From Geosiphon pyriformis uo1 (lineage: Eukaryota > Fungi > Glomeromycota): 64,000 nt of DNA. The position numbers and the translations under genes are program-made. The notes below the pieces were generated by a model. It was not told the origin of the DNA. It searched no databases and saw nothing but the letters and a program-made list of their open reading frames with translations. The stretch lies in the NCBI GenBank assembly GCA_016748015.1, contig JAAOMT010000484.1, forward strand, positions 9,443-73,442. Direction: 5' to 3'. Of this stretch, positions 27,384 through 40,351 are shown in pieces. The stretch's first letter is position 1, and each line of letters begins with the position of its first letter.

Positions 27384-29335
27384 TGAGATGAAGGAAAAGT
27401 CAAAAAACCCGATCCAGAACACAGATGATCTAATCTATCCAAAACTAAGTGAACTGAAGCCTCAAGGGCCACTATATTCGACTCCAAACCGCCAATCTTG
27501 GCAGTCAAAACTTTAGAACTGCTCGGACTGAGATCAACAATCGACTCATCAACATTGGGAGGAGAAGAGGCAGATGATAACAACGTACTATCCATAGCCA
27601 AACCTGAGTCCATATCTGAAACAACAGTGGTTGGAGACACCAAAGAAAGAGCTGAGGGAGAGGGTGCCAATGACACCAAGTCAACAAAACTTAATTTCTT
27701 TAAAATGAGCGAAACTTGGTCCGAGAGAATTTCCATGGAGCGTTCTAGTACAGCTAGGCAACCACCTAGATCAGCAGCATCAGATGAGGAGAGATCTATT
27801 GAAAAAGCCTTCGAACCAGAGATCAAGCCAACACCAGGAGCACCTGAAGAGACAACACAAAAGGGAGAGCTGTCTGCCACTTGGGCCCATGTCTTTCCAC
27901 CAAAAGAAACTGGGCAGACAATTGGTGCCTGCTTCTTCCTATAAATATTGGCCAACCGTACCCTATCCTGAGAAGTCGCCGTACATTTTCCACGACCCCC
28001 AAACCCCCTACTCACAGAGCAATCAACAGCAGTATGACCAAACAGTTTGCAATGAGCGCAATTGGCCAAAAAAAGACCAGCTCAATGCAAGCCCACACCT
28101 TTGAAAACCAGAACCGAACTAATAGCAGCCAACTTGGACACCTCACTTTCAAAACAAATTACAGCACACTGATCACGAACATATAAAGATGGATTACGGC
28201 CAATAAAACAAGTTTTTCTACCATAGATCTCCACCAATGCAGACAAATCATGGGCAGTGGTGCCAACTGGAAAAGTGTAAAGCAATGCCCAATGCTGATC
28301 CCTAGATACCCATGTTTGTTTATCAACACATGCCTTTGCCACGCGAACAGAATCTTTTCCTATGAGCACAGACCATCTAGCCGCGACCAAATCAGCTATC
28401 TCAGATGATTTATATTCTACTAAAGCCTTTTGCCAAAGACTAATAAGCTGCACTTTGATTGAAATAATCTTGCCAAACTTGGAGAACACTGCCTCAATCG
28501 CCAATTTGAGAAGATCCACTGGGATTTTTTTGACGATCACCTCCTGATCTGAATGGCTGTTTTTTTTTTTTAGATCATTATTTACCAAAATTTTTTCACC
28601 GATTGCCATTTCCCTTGTCTTAATCAGACTCTTTTCAGATGTAAATGATGACCTTATTATTCCTGGAAATTTTGAGGGAGTTGAAGCTCCCCCAAAACCA
28701 TCAACTTGATAAAAAATTTTTTTCACACAAACCAACTTATCACCATTAGTTTTGCCAGGAACAGCAGATAGCTCAATATCCAATGCAAATGATTTTGATG
28801 AATTAAAACTCCGTTTCTCCGGTGCACATAACCCGACTGGAGGAAGGTGATTGGACCCACAAAATTTAGAACTCGGAAAAGACAAAGTGTCTTCACCATC
28901 ACTTAGAACGTTGAAAGAGAGAGGTGGCGGCTTACTGTTCAGAACATAGGTGTGGGTACACGTTTTTCTTGGCGTGGCATCATTCATGTCGTTGTCCAAA
29001 CCTGAAACATCCGACTCTGCATAGCTAGTTTTCTCAGCGATGACGTTTTTCAAGTTATCCAAGTCCGAGACGCCACTTATGCTGTTCACTTCACTGTTAA
29101 CCTTGCTAGCCCACAATCGTTCAATGTCAGGTCTGTCACCACTTTTATCCATAACATTCGAGACACCAGCAGACGACTCTACCAAACCGTCAACCACCAC
29201 AGGTTTTTTCAGCTTCTTATAGGATGCACTGCGAGATTGAGGACCAACTGAATGCTTATTTTTGACACCAGACCAGGTCCCCAACCCAGCTGAAATGGAC
29301 CCAGAACTATCAGCAGCAAAGCCCATCAGTTCCAT
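27380..29335 (-). pseudogene. LINE ORF1 (RRM-like region and CCHC zinc knuckle), one internal TGA at 28082-28084
   Basis: ORFs 28082-29335 and 27380-28069 are in the same frame. Knuckle CAHCKLFGHTAVDC. RRM-like IEAVFSKFGKIISIKV...KALVEY. Confidence 0.85.
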
Positions 29336-29499
29336 AGATACAAAAAGGGGAATGTCTGAAGAAATAACTAGAGAAAGTTGAAGGGGAAAGGAAAAAGGAA
29401 GGCTATTTCAATGATGACTCAATGCTCTCATTGTGACTGGGGGATCAATGAAAGAAAGAGTTTTAATTGTTTTAATTAGTGACTTAAATAATATTAATA

Positions 29500-30707
29500 T
29501 AAATAATATAACAAAAACAAATAGTGTTAATATAAATAAATAATACTTGATAAAAAAACTGTTTTCAATATTAATAATTATAGTAAAATAAAAATAAATA
29601 ATATAAGTACTATTTTAAAAGCACTAAAAGTTAAGACTTAAATAATAATTATTAAGTTTTTAAATTAAATTAACTTTAATATTGTTGGTAATAATTTTAA
29701 TATTTTTTTTTAAATTTTAATTTAACATATTTATAAATTTTTTTTTTGTTTTAAACATTAATTTTTTAGCAATTAAATACAAATTATTTTAAAATAAATT
29801 AAAAACAATTTTTTAATTGTTTTTAAGTATGAATAATTTTAAAAAGTATTTATTTTCTTAAAATTTGGTAGAATAATTTGTACAACTTTTATTTTCAGAT
29901 TTGGTATAATAAAAATTGTAGATTTAATTAATAATAATAATATAATAACAAATATTAATTTTAAAAAATTTATAAATAATTATATAAATTTGACTATAAT
30001 ATTTAAAAAATTTTTGATAAAAATATTAATAAAAACTAAACATATTATGTTATTTAAATTTGAAATTATTAAGTTATTTAAAATACAATTGATAAAACTA
30101 TAACAAAAAGCATTAATAAAATTTGATGATTATAATTAAACCAATTTTTTAACTTCTAAATAAATTATCTTAATTAAAAAAAAACACAATTTATATAATT
30201 AAAACCAATATTAACAAATTTTTTTGAAATATTAAAAATATTGATAAAGTTTTGCTTTATATTTTGTCAATAAAAATAATTATAAATGATTTGAAAAATT
30301 TTTTAATATAATTAATTATTATTTTATTATATATATTTATATAAAATATAATATTATTTATATTAAATTTAATAAAAATTTGATTGTGACTTTAATTACA
30401 ATTACAATTCTTAAAAATTTAAATTTAAATTAAACTAAATTAAACTTATTTTTGTGTATAATTTGTAAAAAATTCAATTATATTTTTTTAATATATAAAT
30501 TTATTATAATATTATCTCTTAAAATTAAGATTAAAAATTTTTTTTCAAATTCTAATAAAAATAAATTTGTTATTATTTATGTTAAAAAAACAGCTTTTAT
30601 TACTTAATTAGTGTTTTTTAATAGAGTATTTTGGATTTAAATAGTTAATAGTAATTATTTTAATGCTTTTTTTGGTTTATTTTTTGGAAGTTTTTTATTA
30701 TTTAATG

Positions 30708-30778
<71 letters not shown>

Positions 30779-31158
30779 CTGTTTTATTTGTAAAAAACTG
30801 TTCAAATGGTCTAAAATGTTTAGTAAAGCTTTTGTTAAATCAGATATTTGGAATTTTTTAACAAGTTAAATTTATTATTAGTTTTTTTTATTGTTTTTTA
30901 ATATATTTAAAACTTTTATAGTAATTATCTGTATAAATATAGTTATATTTAAAGTTTATTTAATTTATTATTTTTAAGAATTAGTAGTTTAAAAGTTTTT
31001 ATTACTAAAATTAATAATTTAAAAAACTAATATTGGAATTTAAGAAGTTTATATATTGGTTTTGGTTTTTTTTCTTAAAAATTAATTTTATTTGAAAAAT
31101 TACAACATATAATTTTAAAAATATAAATGTTTTTATAAAACAAAATAATATTGTGCAT
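29500..31158 (+). mobile_element. Extremely decayed LINE 5' portion (ORF1 and first residues of APE), opposite orientation to the adjacent LINE
   Basis: About 30045-30295 reads VLFKFEIIKLFKIQLIKL*QKALIKF...KVLLYILSI, matching ORF1 VFSKFGKIISIKVQLISLWQKALVEY...ALLYTFPV. About 31095-31135 reads KITTYNFKNINV (= KFATCNVRGINV). Confidence 0.7.
30711..30778. repeat. (ATT)n microsatellite
   Basis: Direct reading; it produces the spurious poly-Ile ORF 30663-30869. Confidence 0.95.
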
Positions 31159-31873
31159 TATTATTAGCAGAAATTTGAGTTATAAATTAGCATAAATTTT
31201 TTTTTATAATTTATATTATTAATTAATATATACTATTATTTTAATTTATTATTTATTATCTTATTAAATTATCTAAATTATTATTTAATAAATAATTTAA
31301 TTTGTAAAAAACACAAATATATTTTAGTTAAAATATTTTTTATTTGAAATATTATCTTAAATGCAATAATTAGTTATTATAAATTAATTCAATAAAAATT
31401 ACTTTGAAAACTTAAATTTTTGATTATTACTGCTTTAAAATCAAATTTTTAAAACTAATATTTTGAAATTAATTAACTATTAATTTTAAACTATTAATAT
31501 ATCTAAGTCTAAATTAAAAACAATGTTTTAAATATACTTAATTTATTATTATTATTATTAAATAGTTTATAATCAAGATTTTTTGTAAAAAAGTTAATTT
31601 TTATTACAAAATAACTACATATTATTTGAAAAGTTTACAAACAAGATTTTTTTGTAACAAAGTTGATTTTTATAACAAAGTAGCTATACAAAACAATTAA
31701 CACAGAATTGGTTATTTTATTATAAACTTAAAAACATATATAATCTAAAGTATAAATAAATATTTTGAAAGAAAAATTGGCTTATTGAAGATTTATTAGT
31801 TTTTATTAACAGTAAAATTAACAGCAAAACAGCATTAATAACATTAAAAAAGAGTAAAAAATTTCTAATAACA
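31159..31873 (+). repeat. LTR of family A (isolated or solo-like copy)
   Basis: Start matches 48885 (tattattagc.gaaatttga) and end matches 41009 (taataaca). It has the same internal about 70-bp duplication as the other A LTRs. Confidence 0.8.
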
Positions 31874-34800
31874 ATAGAATTATTTAAAAATTTTTTATTA
31901 AACAGTATATATTACAATAGAAAAATATTATAAAAAAAAACAAAATATTTAAAAATATTACAAATTAATTAAAAAAATGTTTTAATAAATAAAATTGCTA
32001 TTTTTTAGTTAATTTAACTAAAAATATACAAAATTGAAGATATTATCTTTATTAACTATTTAATCTATATATGTATTATAAAAAATTAATCTGATTATTT
32101 AACAAACCACAATTCAAAAAAAATATACAAGATAAAATACTTACCTACAGCAATTTTTTTACAAAATACATTATAAAAAAAAAACTAAAAACACCAATGT
32201 TAACAGTTTATTAAGAATAACTCAAGTTTAATCTTGCAAAATAAACACATTTATGTATCAATAATTATATTAATATCTGTTTATATTTTAGTTTAAGAAT
32301 AAATTATCTTAACAAGAACAAAGAACTATATAAAAACAAGTTTAGAACTATTATATTAATAAAAATATTAAAATTATAACACATCATAAAAAATCATAAA
32401 AAATACAAAAAAAGAAACAATATTATTTAACATGTATTTTGATCTAACTACTAAATATTTTAACAAAAATATTACTTTAAATAAAACAATAAATTTATAC
32501 TATTAACCAATAATATATAAAAATATTTTTAAATATATTTATAACTATAACTTTTGTTAAAAAAAGAAAGAGCCAGAATAATAGAAATATTTTGATTTAT
32601 TTTAGTTGATTTTTTTTTTAATAAAATCAAAATTAATTTGGTTAAACTTTTTTCAATTACTTTTAAAAGAAATTAATATATTACTATAATTATAAACTAT
32701 CTTACTAAATAATCAGAAGTCTAAGCCATTCAAGTTGTAAATATTAAAACAATAACTAAGTTCATATATTAAGCTTTAATTTGTTAACATAAATGCCCAA
32801 AAAAATTATTATTTGATCAAAAAACTTATTTTGTTAATAATACTTTGGCAAAATTAAGCCAACAATTTGGAATAAAATAACTCTTATTATTTCTATATTA
32901 TTTTTAAACAAACAGATTAATAAAATAATATAACCAAATATTGTGTAAAACTCTAACAAAAATAAGTTATAAAAATATGCAAGAATAAAACTTATTTATA
33001 TTTTTAGTATTATTTATATACCAAATATTAAAACAAAATATTATTCAATTTATACTATTTAAATTAATATATAAAAAAAAACATATTATTTATTAAACTA
33101 AAAATACTTTTTTTTTAATATAAACAATTACAAAAGAGAACTTTGAAGTTATTTTATATTAATAAATATATCAATTTATAGAAACACTAAAAAATAATCA
33201 TAAAACAACAACTAATAATATTATTAATTTTCAGAAATAACCGAAAAAAAACATAATAATTACTTATTAAACCAATCAGTTAAATTTAAGAATAAAAACA
33301 GAGTGTTGTTATATATACTAAAGCTAAAAAATAGTAGAATAGAAAATTTAATCTAAAATAGAATAGATTATTTTATATACACAAAATTTTTGACAATAAA
33401 GCTTACAAACTACAATTAGAAAACAAAATTTTAAAGAAAGCCATTTATGAAAATTATTTAAAACTTTATTATATAATACAAAAATTATTATCAATTATAT
33501 TTTTATTAAAAACACAAATTTCATTAATCAAATCTGAAAATATTTTATGAGATCTAAAACCCATTATTATAATTAAATACAATTTATGTACAAAAATTTG
33601 AATTATACAAATTAGACATATAAATACCAAAAAATAAGAGAGAAAAATTTAAAAAAAATCAAATTCAACATAGATTTTTTAAATAAAATCTTAAAACTTA
33701 CAACAATTGTTTAAAGTTATTCAACAATTCACAATATCAATAGAAATCACAATTAATAAAAAAAGATATAATATAAAACTATAAACAAAGAAAAGATAAA
33801 CAAAAGTTTAACTAAAACTAAATGTTTTCAATCTTATATAAAATCAAAAAAGAAAAAAAAACACAAATATTCAAACAATCAAAAAAATCAAAAAAGCTTT
33901 AAACAGCTTAATCATAAATCTTAACACTAAAAATTAATTCTTAAAACTTCCAAAATATGAAAAAAAAACTTCTATTAACATACTGGTTTTTTAAAATTAG
34001 CAAAAAACTAGATCTATAAATATTATATATAGATAATAATAAATAAATATTTAATAGAAAAGTTTTTAAATAAATAAATAAATTTGTTGAAAAAACAATT
34101 TAATACTATATTATAAAGCAATATATTAATTATACTTAATATTCAAATACTATTTAGCCATATTGTTAGACAATTTATTAAAAACTATTATAATTAACAA
34201 CATTAAACAAATGACAAATTCTTAGTTTAAAGAACTACAAAAAGCAATATTTAATACCATAATTAAACAATATATTAAAAAAAACAATTTTCAAAGATAT
34301 ATATATTTTTGCAGAAGCTCAATTCTAAAAAAGAAAAATATTATTACTTAAGTAGAAAAACCAGTCTAAAACTATTAAAAAAACGGAATTACCACAAAAT
34401 AATACAAAATAGTACAAAATAACTAATAAGAATATAAAATAATTAGTTATAATATAAAAAAATAAAACAATAACTGAAATAATAAATAATAACTAGTAAT
34501 AACAAACCATTAATAGCAATCTTATAGAACTAGAAAATATGTATAAAAGTAAGTAATTTTAGTAAATTGAAAAAGACAAAACATACATAAATTTAGTTAA
34601 TATTTTTATTTTATTCTTAGTCTTAAAAACCTATTTTTTATTTTTCATATTTCAAATTATCAAATAAAATATTATTGTTTAATTTACAAGTTTATAATTT
34701 TATATGTTTTAAGTATTAAGATTTGATTAATCATTTTATTTACTTTTATTTTAGGCCAAATACAATTAACATAAATGTTTTTAGAATCTTGATAACTCAA

Positions 34801-35275
34801 ACCAATTATTTTTGATTATGGTAATTAACAGAATACTAATTTAATTTTATTTTTTTATTTTTTTTATCTTTTTATTTATTTATTTTTCTCTTTTTTGTAA
34901 TGAAGTAACATTAGAAATTGATTGTTTAAGAATAGATTTTATAATATTTTGCTAAAAAAAAAGCTTTTTTTAAGTTTAAATATTAATTTTATTTTGATAG
35001 CTTATTAGTAAAGCAAAAAAACAATGCCAAATTCTAAAAACTGTACTTGATTAGCTTGAAAAAAAACACAATAGTAATAATACAATTAAAGAAACAATAT
35101 TTTTGTGCCTTATAACAAAAGAACTTAATAAGTAAAACTTTACACAAAAAAAATTTTTAAAGACTAATAATTAATTTTACTACTAAAACTTATCTATTTA
35201 AAAACCAATTTGCTTTTAATATCAAATTATAAACATTAAATATTACAATTATTTTCACCAAATTTATATATAACA
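31874..35275 (+). mobile_element. 3' half of a decayed Ty3/Gypsy element (family B): RNase H end, integrase, extra 3' region, PPT, 3' LTR 34342-35275
   Basis: Integrase remnants at about 32610-32730 revert to FDKIGIDLVGP...DYLTKWPEA. The LTR is homologous to 62037-63072 and ends taaca. Confidence 0.8.
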
Positions 35276-35412
35276 ATATTATATATTGTTATAAATGTCT
35301 TAAAAAATATTTATCTAAAAAAAAAGAGCTTTTTTTAGTATTTTAGTTAAAATATTTTATAAAAAACTAAGAATATATTATAAATTTTTATCTTCTTATT
35401 ATCTTTAAACAA

Positions 35413-38400
35413 TATTATAAGTGATTATTTAAAATATTGAAATAAATAACAAACTCAAAACTTGGTGTTTAATAGCTATCTCTAATTTTAATGATTTCTA
35501 AAGGTTTTGGTTAAGTTTTTGTATAATAAACAGAGATTAATTTAATAGTTATTTTTCCAAATTTTTTCTTCAGTATAGAAACTGGTTTAATTTGACAGTT
35601 ATGCTTTTTTGGTAAATTATTTTTAAGTTTTTTATTTTTGTTTTACAGGTTTTTTATTAAGCTATTCTTGATTTTAATATTTTAATGTTTAATTTTTTAA
35701 TCAATTAGTACACAACATAAAACAAAAAAAATAAAATAAAATAAAATAAAAAAATAAAAAAATAAAAAAAAATTGTTATTTCATTAATAGTTATAATTAA
35801 AAATTATTGGCTCCATATAGTTAAGTAACAAATGTTATTAGCATAAGTTGTTAATAAAGTTAGAGAATATTAATGTAATCTAATAAAAAAAATAACATAA
35901 ATTAAATAATTCTACTTTAAGATATAAAAAAGTATCTTTTAAAAAAAGAAGTATATTATGAATATTTATTGTTTAACTACCTAAAAATTTGTCTAAATTT
36001 GTAAATACTTTTCTTACTTCTGATACTATTGCTAAATATACATAATTTTTATTATATAAATCTTATATATTCTTATTTTTTTTACACTATTTTTTAAACT
36101 GTGCTTATTCTTAAGCAATAGGTTATAATTTTTTAAAAATGTGTTCATTTTTTATAAATGTGCATATTCTTGAAAATATGTTGTAATTTTTTGACAATAT
36201 GCTTATTTTTTGTGAATGTATACATTTCTAAAAATGTGTTTATTTATTAAATATTATTTTTTTATTGGCTTATTTTNNNNNNNNNNNNNNNNNNNNACTA
36301 TTGCTAAATATACATAATTTTTATTATATAAATCTTATATATTCTTATTTTTTTTACACTATTTTTTAAACTGTGCTTATTCTTAAGCAATATGTTATAA
36401 TTTTTTAAAAATGTGTTCATTTTTTATAAATGTGCATATTCTTGAAAATATGTTGTAATTTTTTGACAATATGCTTATTTTTTGTGAATGTATACATTTC
36501 TAAAAATGTGTTTATTTATTAAATATTATTTTTTTATTGGCTTATTTTTATGATCTGTTTTTTTTATTTCTTTTTTGTACTTTTTTTTTATAAGTAATAT
36601 ATATTTTTTTTTAATATTAAGCTTCATTAAAATTTTTATTTTGATTTAATTTTATTACTTTTTTTTCTAATATTGTATATTTGATTCTGGTTTTTAGGTC
36701 TTTAAATTAAAAGTTGATTATCTTTCCTTATTGGTTAATAGTTATTATTTCTATTTTTAAATACAGTAGTATTTCAAAGTAATTCTAAAATATAATATGT
36801 AATTAATAAATTGTTTTAATATATAGTATAAAACTTGTTTCCTTCTAATAAAGTCTTTAATTTGTTGCACTATTTGTTAATTGAATGTTTTTTTAAATTT
36901 ATCTGTATACAATTCCTGAATATTCAATTTTTGTTCTAGTTAATAATAACAACATGTTCTTGGAAGTTGTTCTATTCATAATTTCTAATTTTTTTAGTCA
37001 ATCTTTTTGTTAGAATAATATTTGGTATTTTTTCAAAAATGTTCTTTACTTTTTCTATAATTTTATTTGACAAGTGATTTGGTTGTTTTTTGTTTGTGTT
37101 TTATAACAATTTATTTGGTAATTAATAATTATTTTTATGTTTAATTGTTGTTGATTTATTATCTAAAATAATTGTTGTGCCAATATGTAAATATGATCTG
37201 AGATTTTTATTTTTTCTAATCACTTTTATTATATGTACTGGTTCTTTATATATTATTTTGGTAGCTTAAATTGTCATATTTGTTCAATAACTATGATTGG
37301 TTTTAAATTTTGTGAGATCTTATTTGGTTTAACTAATATTTGTTGTACTTCTAATTATAGAATATTATTAGTAAAAGATAATACTATATTGTAATATAAT
37401 TTTAATTAATTATTATATGCTGTTTTGGCTAAAATTTTGTTGTTCTATCTTAATTTATATGCTTTGTTTTTCAAAATTTCTTTAATATAAAATAAACTGT
37501 CATATTTGGAGTCAAGTTTTTTATTTTATTGTTTTTTTATTTTGGTATAATATAAAAGTACTTTGTCTTTAATTTTAAATTCAATTGATTTGTTTGATAA
37601 TTGGTTGTTATGTTATTTTTTTTTATTTTTTTTGTATTATTAACTGCTTTTTTTTTTTTTTCTAGTGTTTTTATTAAGTAAGAAATTTTTTGTAATAATG
37701 TTTCTTAACAATTGTTTTCTATTATTGGTTCTATTAAATATGTATAAATATTTATCTTTATTAATAGTATTGCTGTTTTATTATATACTAATTCAAATAG
37801 TATTGTTTATATAGTATTTTGCTTTATTGTTTAATAAGCAAATAGTATTAATAATATAAACAAATTTTATTTATTTTAGTTTTTTTGGCTGATTTTTACA
37901 CAATATTTTATTGAATATTTCGACTAAGCTATTGGTTTATAAATAATATAAAAATAATAATAATCTTTAAATTCCAAATTTTTGACTTAATTTTGTTAAT
38001 GTTTTGTTTACAAAGTAAGTTTTTTGGTCTAACAATAATTTTTTAAACATCTATATTGACAAATCAAATCTTAATATATAAATTTAATTATAAATTTTAT
38101 ATTGTTTTTTGAATGGCTTTAACTTCTGGTCATTTTGTAAAATAATTTATGACAACTGTTATATATTAATTGTTTCTGCTGGTTATTGTTAATAATCTGG
38201 TTAAGTCAATTTTAATTCAATCAAATAGTTGTCTTAATTTGATTGATCTTAGTGGTTTATGGGGTTTTGTTTCTTTTTTTTTTAATAAACATTACAATTT
38301 TGAATATATTAGATAATATTTGAATATATTGATAGTCAATAATATATTTTTTTGGTTTTTTTTATAGTGGCTTCTTTATAAAAGTGTTTTGTTATTAGAT

Positions 38401-40351
38401 CTAAGTATATGTTAAACAATATTATTTTTTTTCTGGTTTTATAATAACTCTAAGTGGCTGGTTTGGTTTTTTTCTGTTTTTCTAATATAGTATATTTTAG
38501 TAAATAATAAAGTATTTTAATTGTTATTTTATGTTGTTTTGTTTTTTTTAAGATAATTTTTTCTTAAACTATTAGATATTAATATAATATTAGAGTTGTT
38601 AATATTTTTGTATATTTATTTTTTGACTTATTTTTCTGTTTAAAATGTTTTTAAATTTGTTTTATGTATGATAAATTGTCAATATTTCCATTTTTTTTAT
38701 AATATACTGTATATTAAAATAACAATAATTCTATTTTCTATTAAACATGTTAATTATTTCTAAATTTTGTTTTTGAATCGATGTTAATTCTTTATAGTTA
38801 ATATATACATCAAATTTCTGACTTAAATATTTATTTTATTTAATAACAACCCAATAAATAGTTAAATATTTTATTGCTAGAATTCTATAGTTCTTTTTAA
38901 CTGAACTTAAACTTTAATTAACATATGTTACTGAATATTCTTGTTTATCTAATCTTTATTGTAATAGTATAACTCTCAATACTTGACCAAATATATCTGT
39001 AGTAATGATAAATAGTTTGCTATAATTTGAATAAATTAATATTAAAACCTAAATAAGCTTTTTTCTTAATGTATTAAAAGTTTTTGTTTATTTATATTTG
39101 GTATTTTTTGCTTAGAGCTGATAAAGTAGTTAACTTACAAAAATTGTAAATAAATTATTAATAATACTTAACAAATTCCAAAAATGATTAGAGTTTAATA
39201 AAATTAATAAGTATTAAAAAGTTTTTAACTATTTTAATCTTATTTGAATCTGTTTTAATACTATTTTTACCAATAATATATTTCAAAAACTTGAGTTTTG
39301 TTTTTCCAAAGAAATATTTAGTAGCATTCAATTTTGATCTTGCTCTTTTCAATCTTTTAAACACTTATTAGAAATAATAAAGATGATTATTAAATGTTTT
39401 GGAGAATATATTGGTGTTATCTAAATAGACTATTATTAATTTTTATAGTAATTCAGTATAAATAATTTTCATTAGCCATTAAAAAGTGACTGAAGTATTG
39501 GTTAAGCCAAAAGATATAATTTCAAATTCAAAGTTTTTTTCTTTAGTAGTGAATGCTATTTTTTTTTTATTTGCTGAATTTATGGCTACTTGTTAATAAT
39601 TACTATCTAAGTCTAATATAGAGAACTATTTCTTTCTTTTAAATATATTAAATAATTTCTGAATAAGTAGAATTAGATAATTGTTTTTGTAAATAATACT
39701 GTTGAGCTTTTTATAATTCACACAAAACTGAATCTTTCTATTTTTTTTTCAAACAAGTATGATTGATAATAACTATAGATTCATTAATAGTTGAATTAAC
39801 TTATTGTCTAACATATGATTAATTTTTTGATAAATAATTTTATGGCTTACAGATAATACTTAGTATGCTTTCTATTTAATTGGAATTATATCTTTAGTCT
39901 TAATCTAATGCTAAATAATATTAGTTCTGCCAAATTTATTCTTATTTGTAAATATATTAGTAAAATTATTGAATAATAGCTTAATTTGCATGCATTAAAG
40001 TAAATCTAAATTTTTTAAATTTATTTGCTCTAACTGTTTTAGTTGTAATAATAACATGAATTGAATTATAATTAGATATTTTATTGATATTGATGTTATT
40101 TTACTTCAAATTATAGAAAACTATTTTTTGAAAAGAGGAGTAAAAGTAAAATAATTATTGTTAGCTACTGTTTTATTTGAGTTAAATACTTTTTTTGCTT
40201 TTAATACTCTCATTATATATATAATTTATATTATATAAGATTTTTTGGAATTCTGCAATTTTTTAAAAGAAATCCTAGAATTTTTTTTTTGCATTTTTTT
40301 CTAATTGGCTATTTTACTTATTATTATAATTCCTAATTTCTATAAGTAATA
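35413..40351 (-). mobile_element. Decayed Ty3/Gypsy element (family C-related LTRs): partial 5' LTR about 40050-40351, RT-RNase H-integrase, 3' LTR 35413-36599; gag/protease not found
   Basis: Minus-strand remnants QFCVNY (about 39725), KIAFTTK (about 39550), VYLDNTNI (about 39420, = YLDD) and NYFTK*PEV (about 38135). LTR ends match 19000 and 19891. Confidence 0.85.
36277..36296. other. Assembly gap (20 N)
   Basis: Run of n characters flanked by a near-identical 252-bp duplication. Confidence 0.99.

Larger units (their letters stand above)
22540..29460 (-). mobile_element. Near-intact non-LTR retrotransposon (LINE) with RNase H, about 6.9 kb
   Basis: GC-rich island with two long reading frames, a 3' UTR and an A-rich tail (T-run at about 22541-22548 on the plus strand). 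No frameshifts, five nonsense codons. Confidence 0.97.

Noticed and set aside
22666-29222. Plus-strand ORFs antisense to the LINE (e.g. 26068-26631, 27498-27944)
   Set aside because: These are shadow frames of a GC-rich coding strand with no recognisable motifs.
22698-29335. Alternative genetic code or readthrough (TGA=Trp) explaining the LINE stops
   Set aside because: Both TGA and TAG occur, catalytic residues are also mutated by transitions, and FAR11 uses TGG for Trp and ends at TGA.
30663-30869. Poly-isoleucine membrane-protein-like ORF
   Set aside because: It is a translation of an (ATT)n microsatellite inside a dead LINE.
36025-36548. 252-bp direct duplication (36025-36276 vs 36297-36548)
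   Set aside because: The copies are near-identical, flank a 20-N gap, and sit in a region where all real repeats are heavily diverged. Most likely an unmerged contig overlap.
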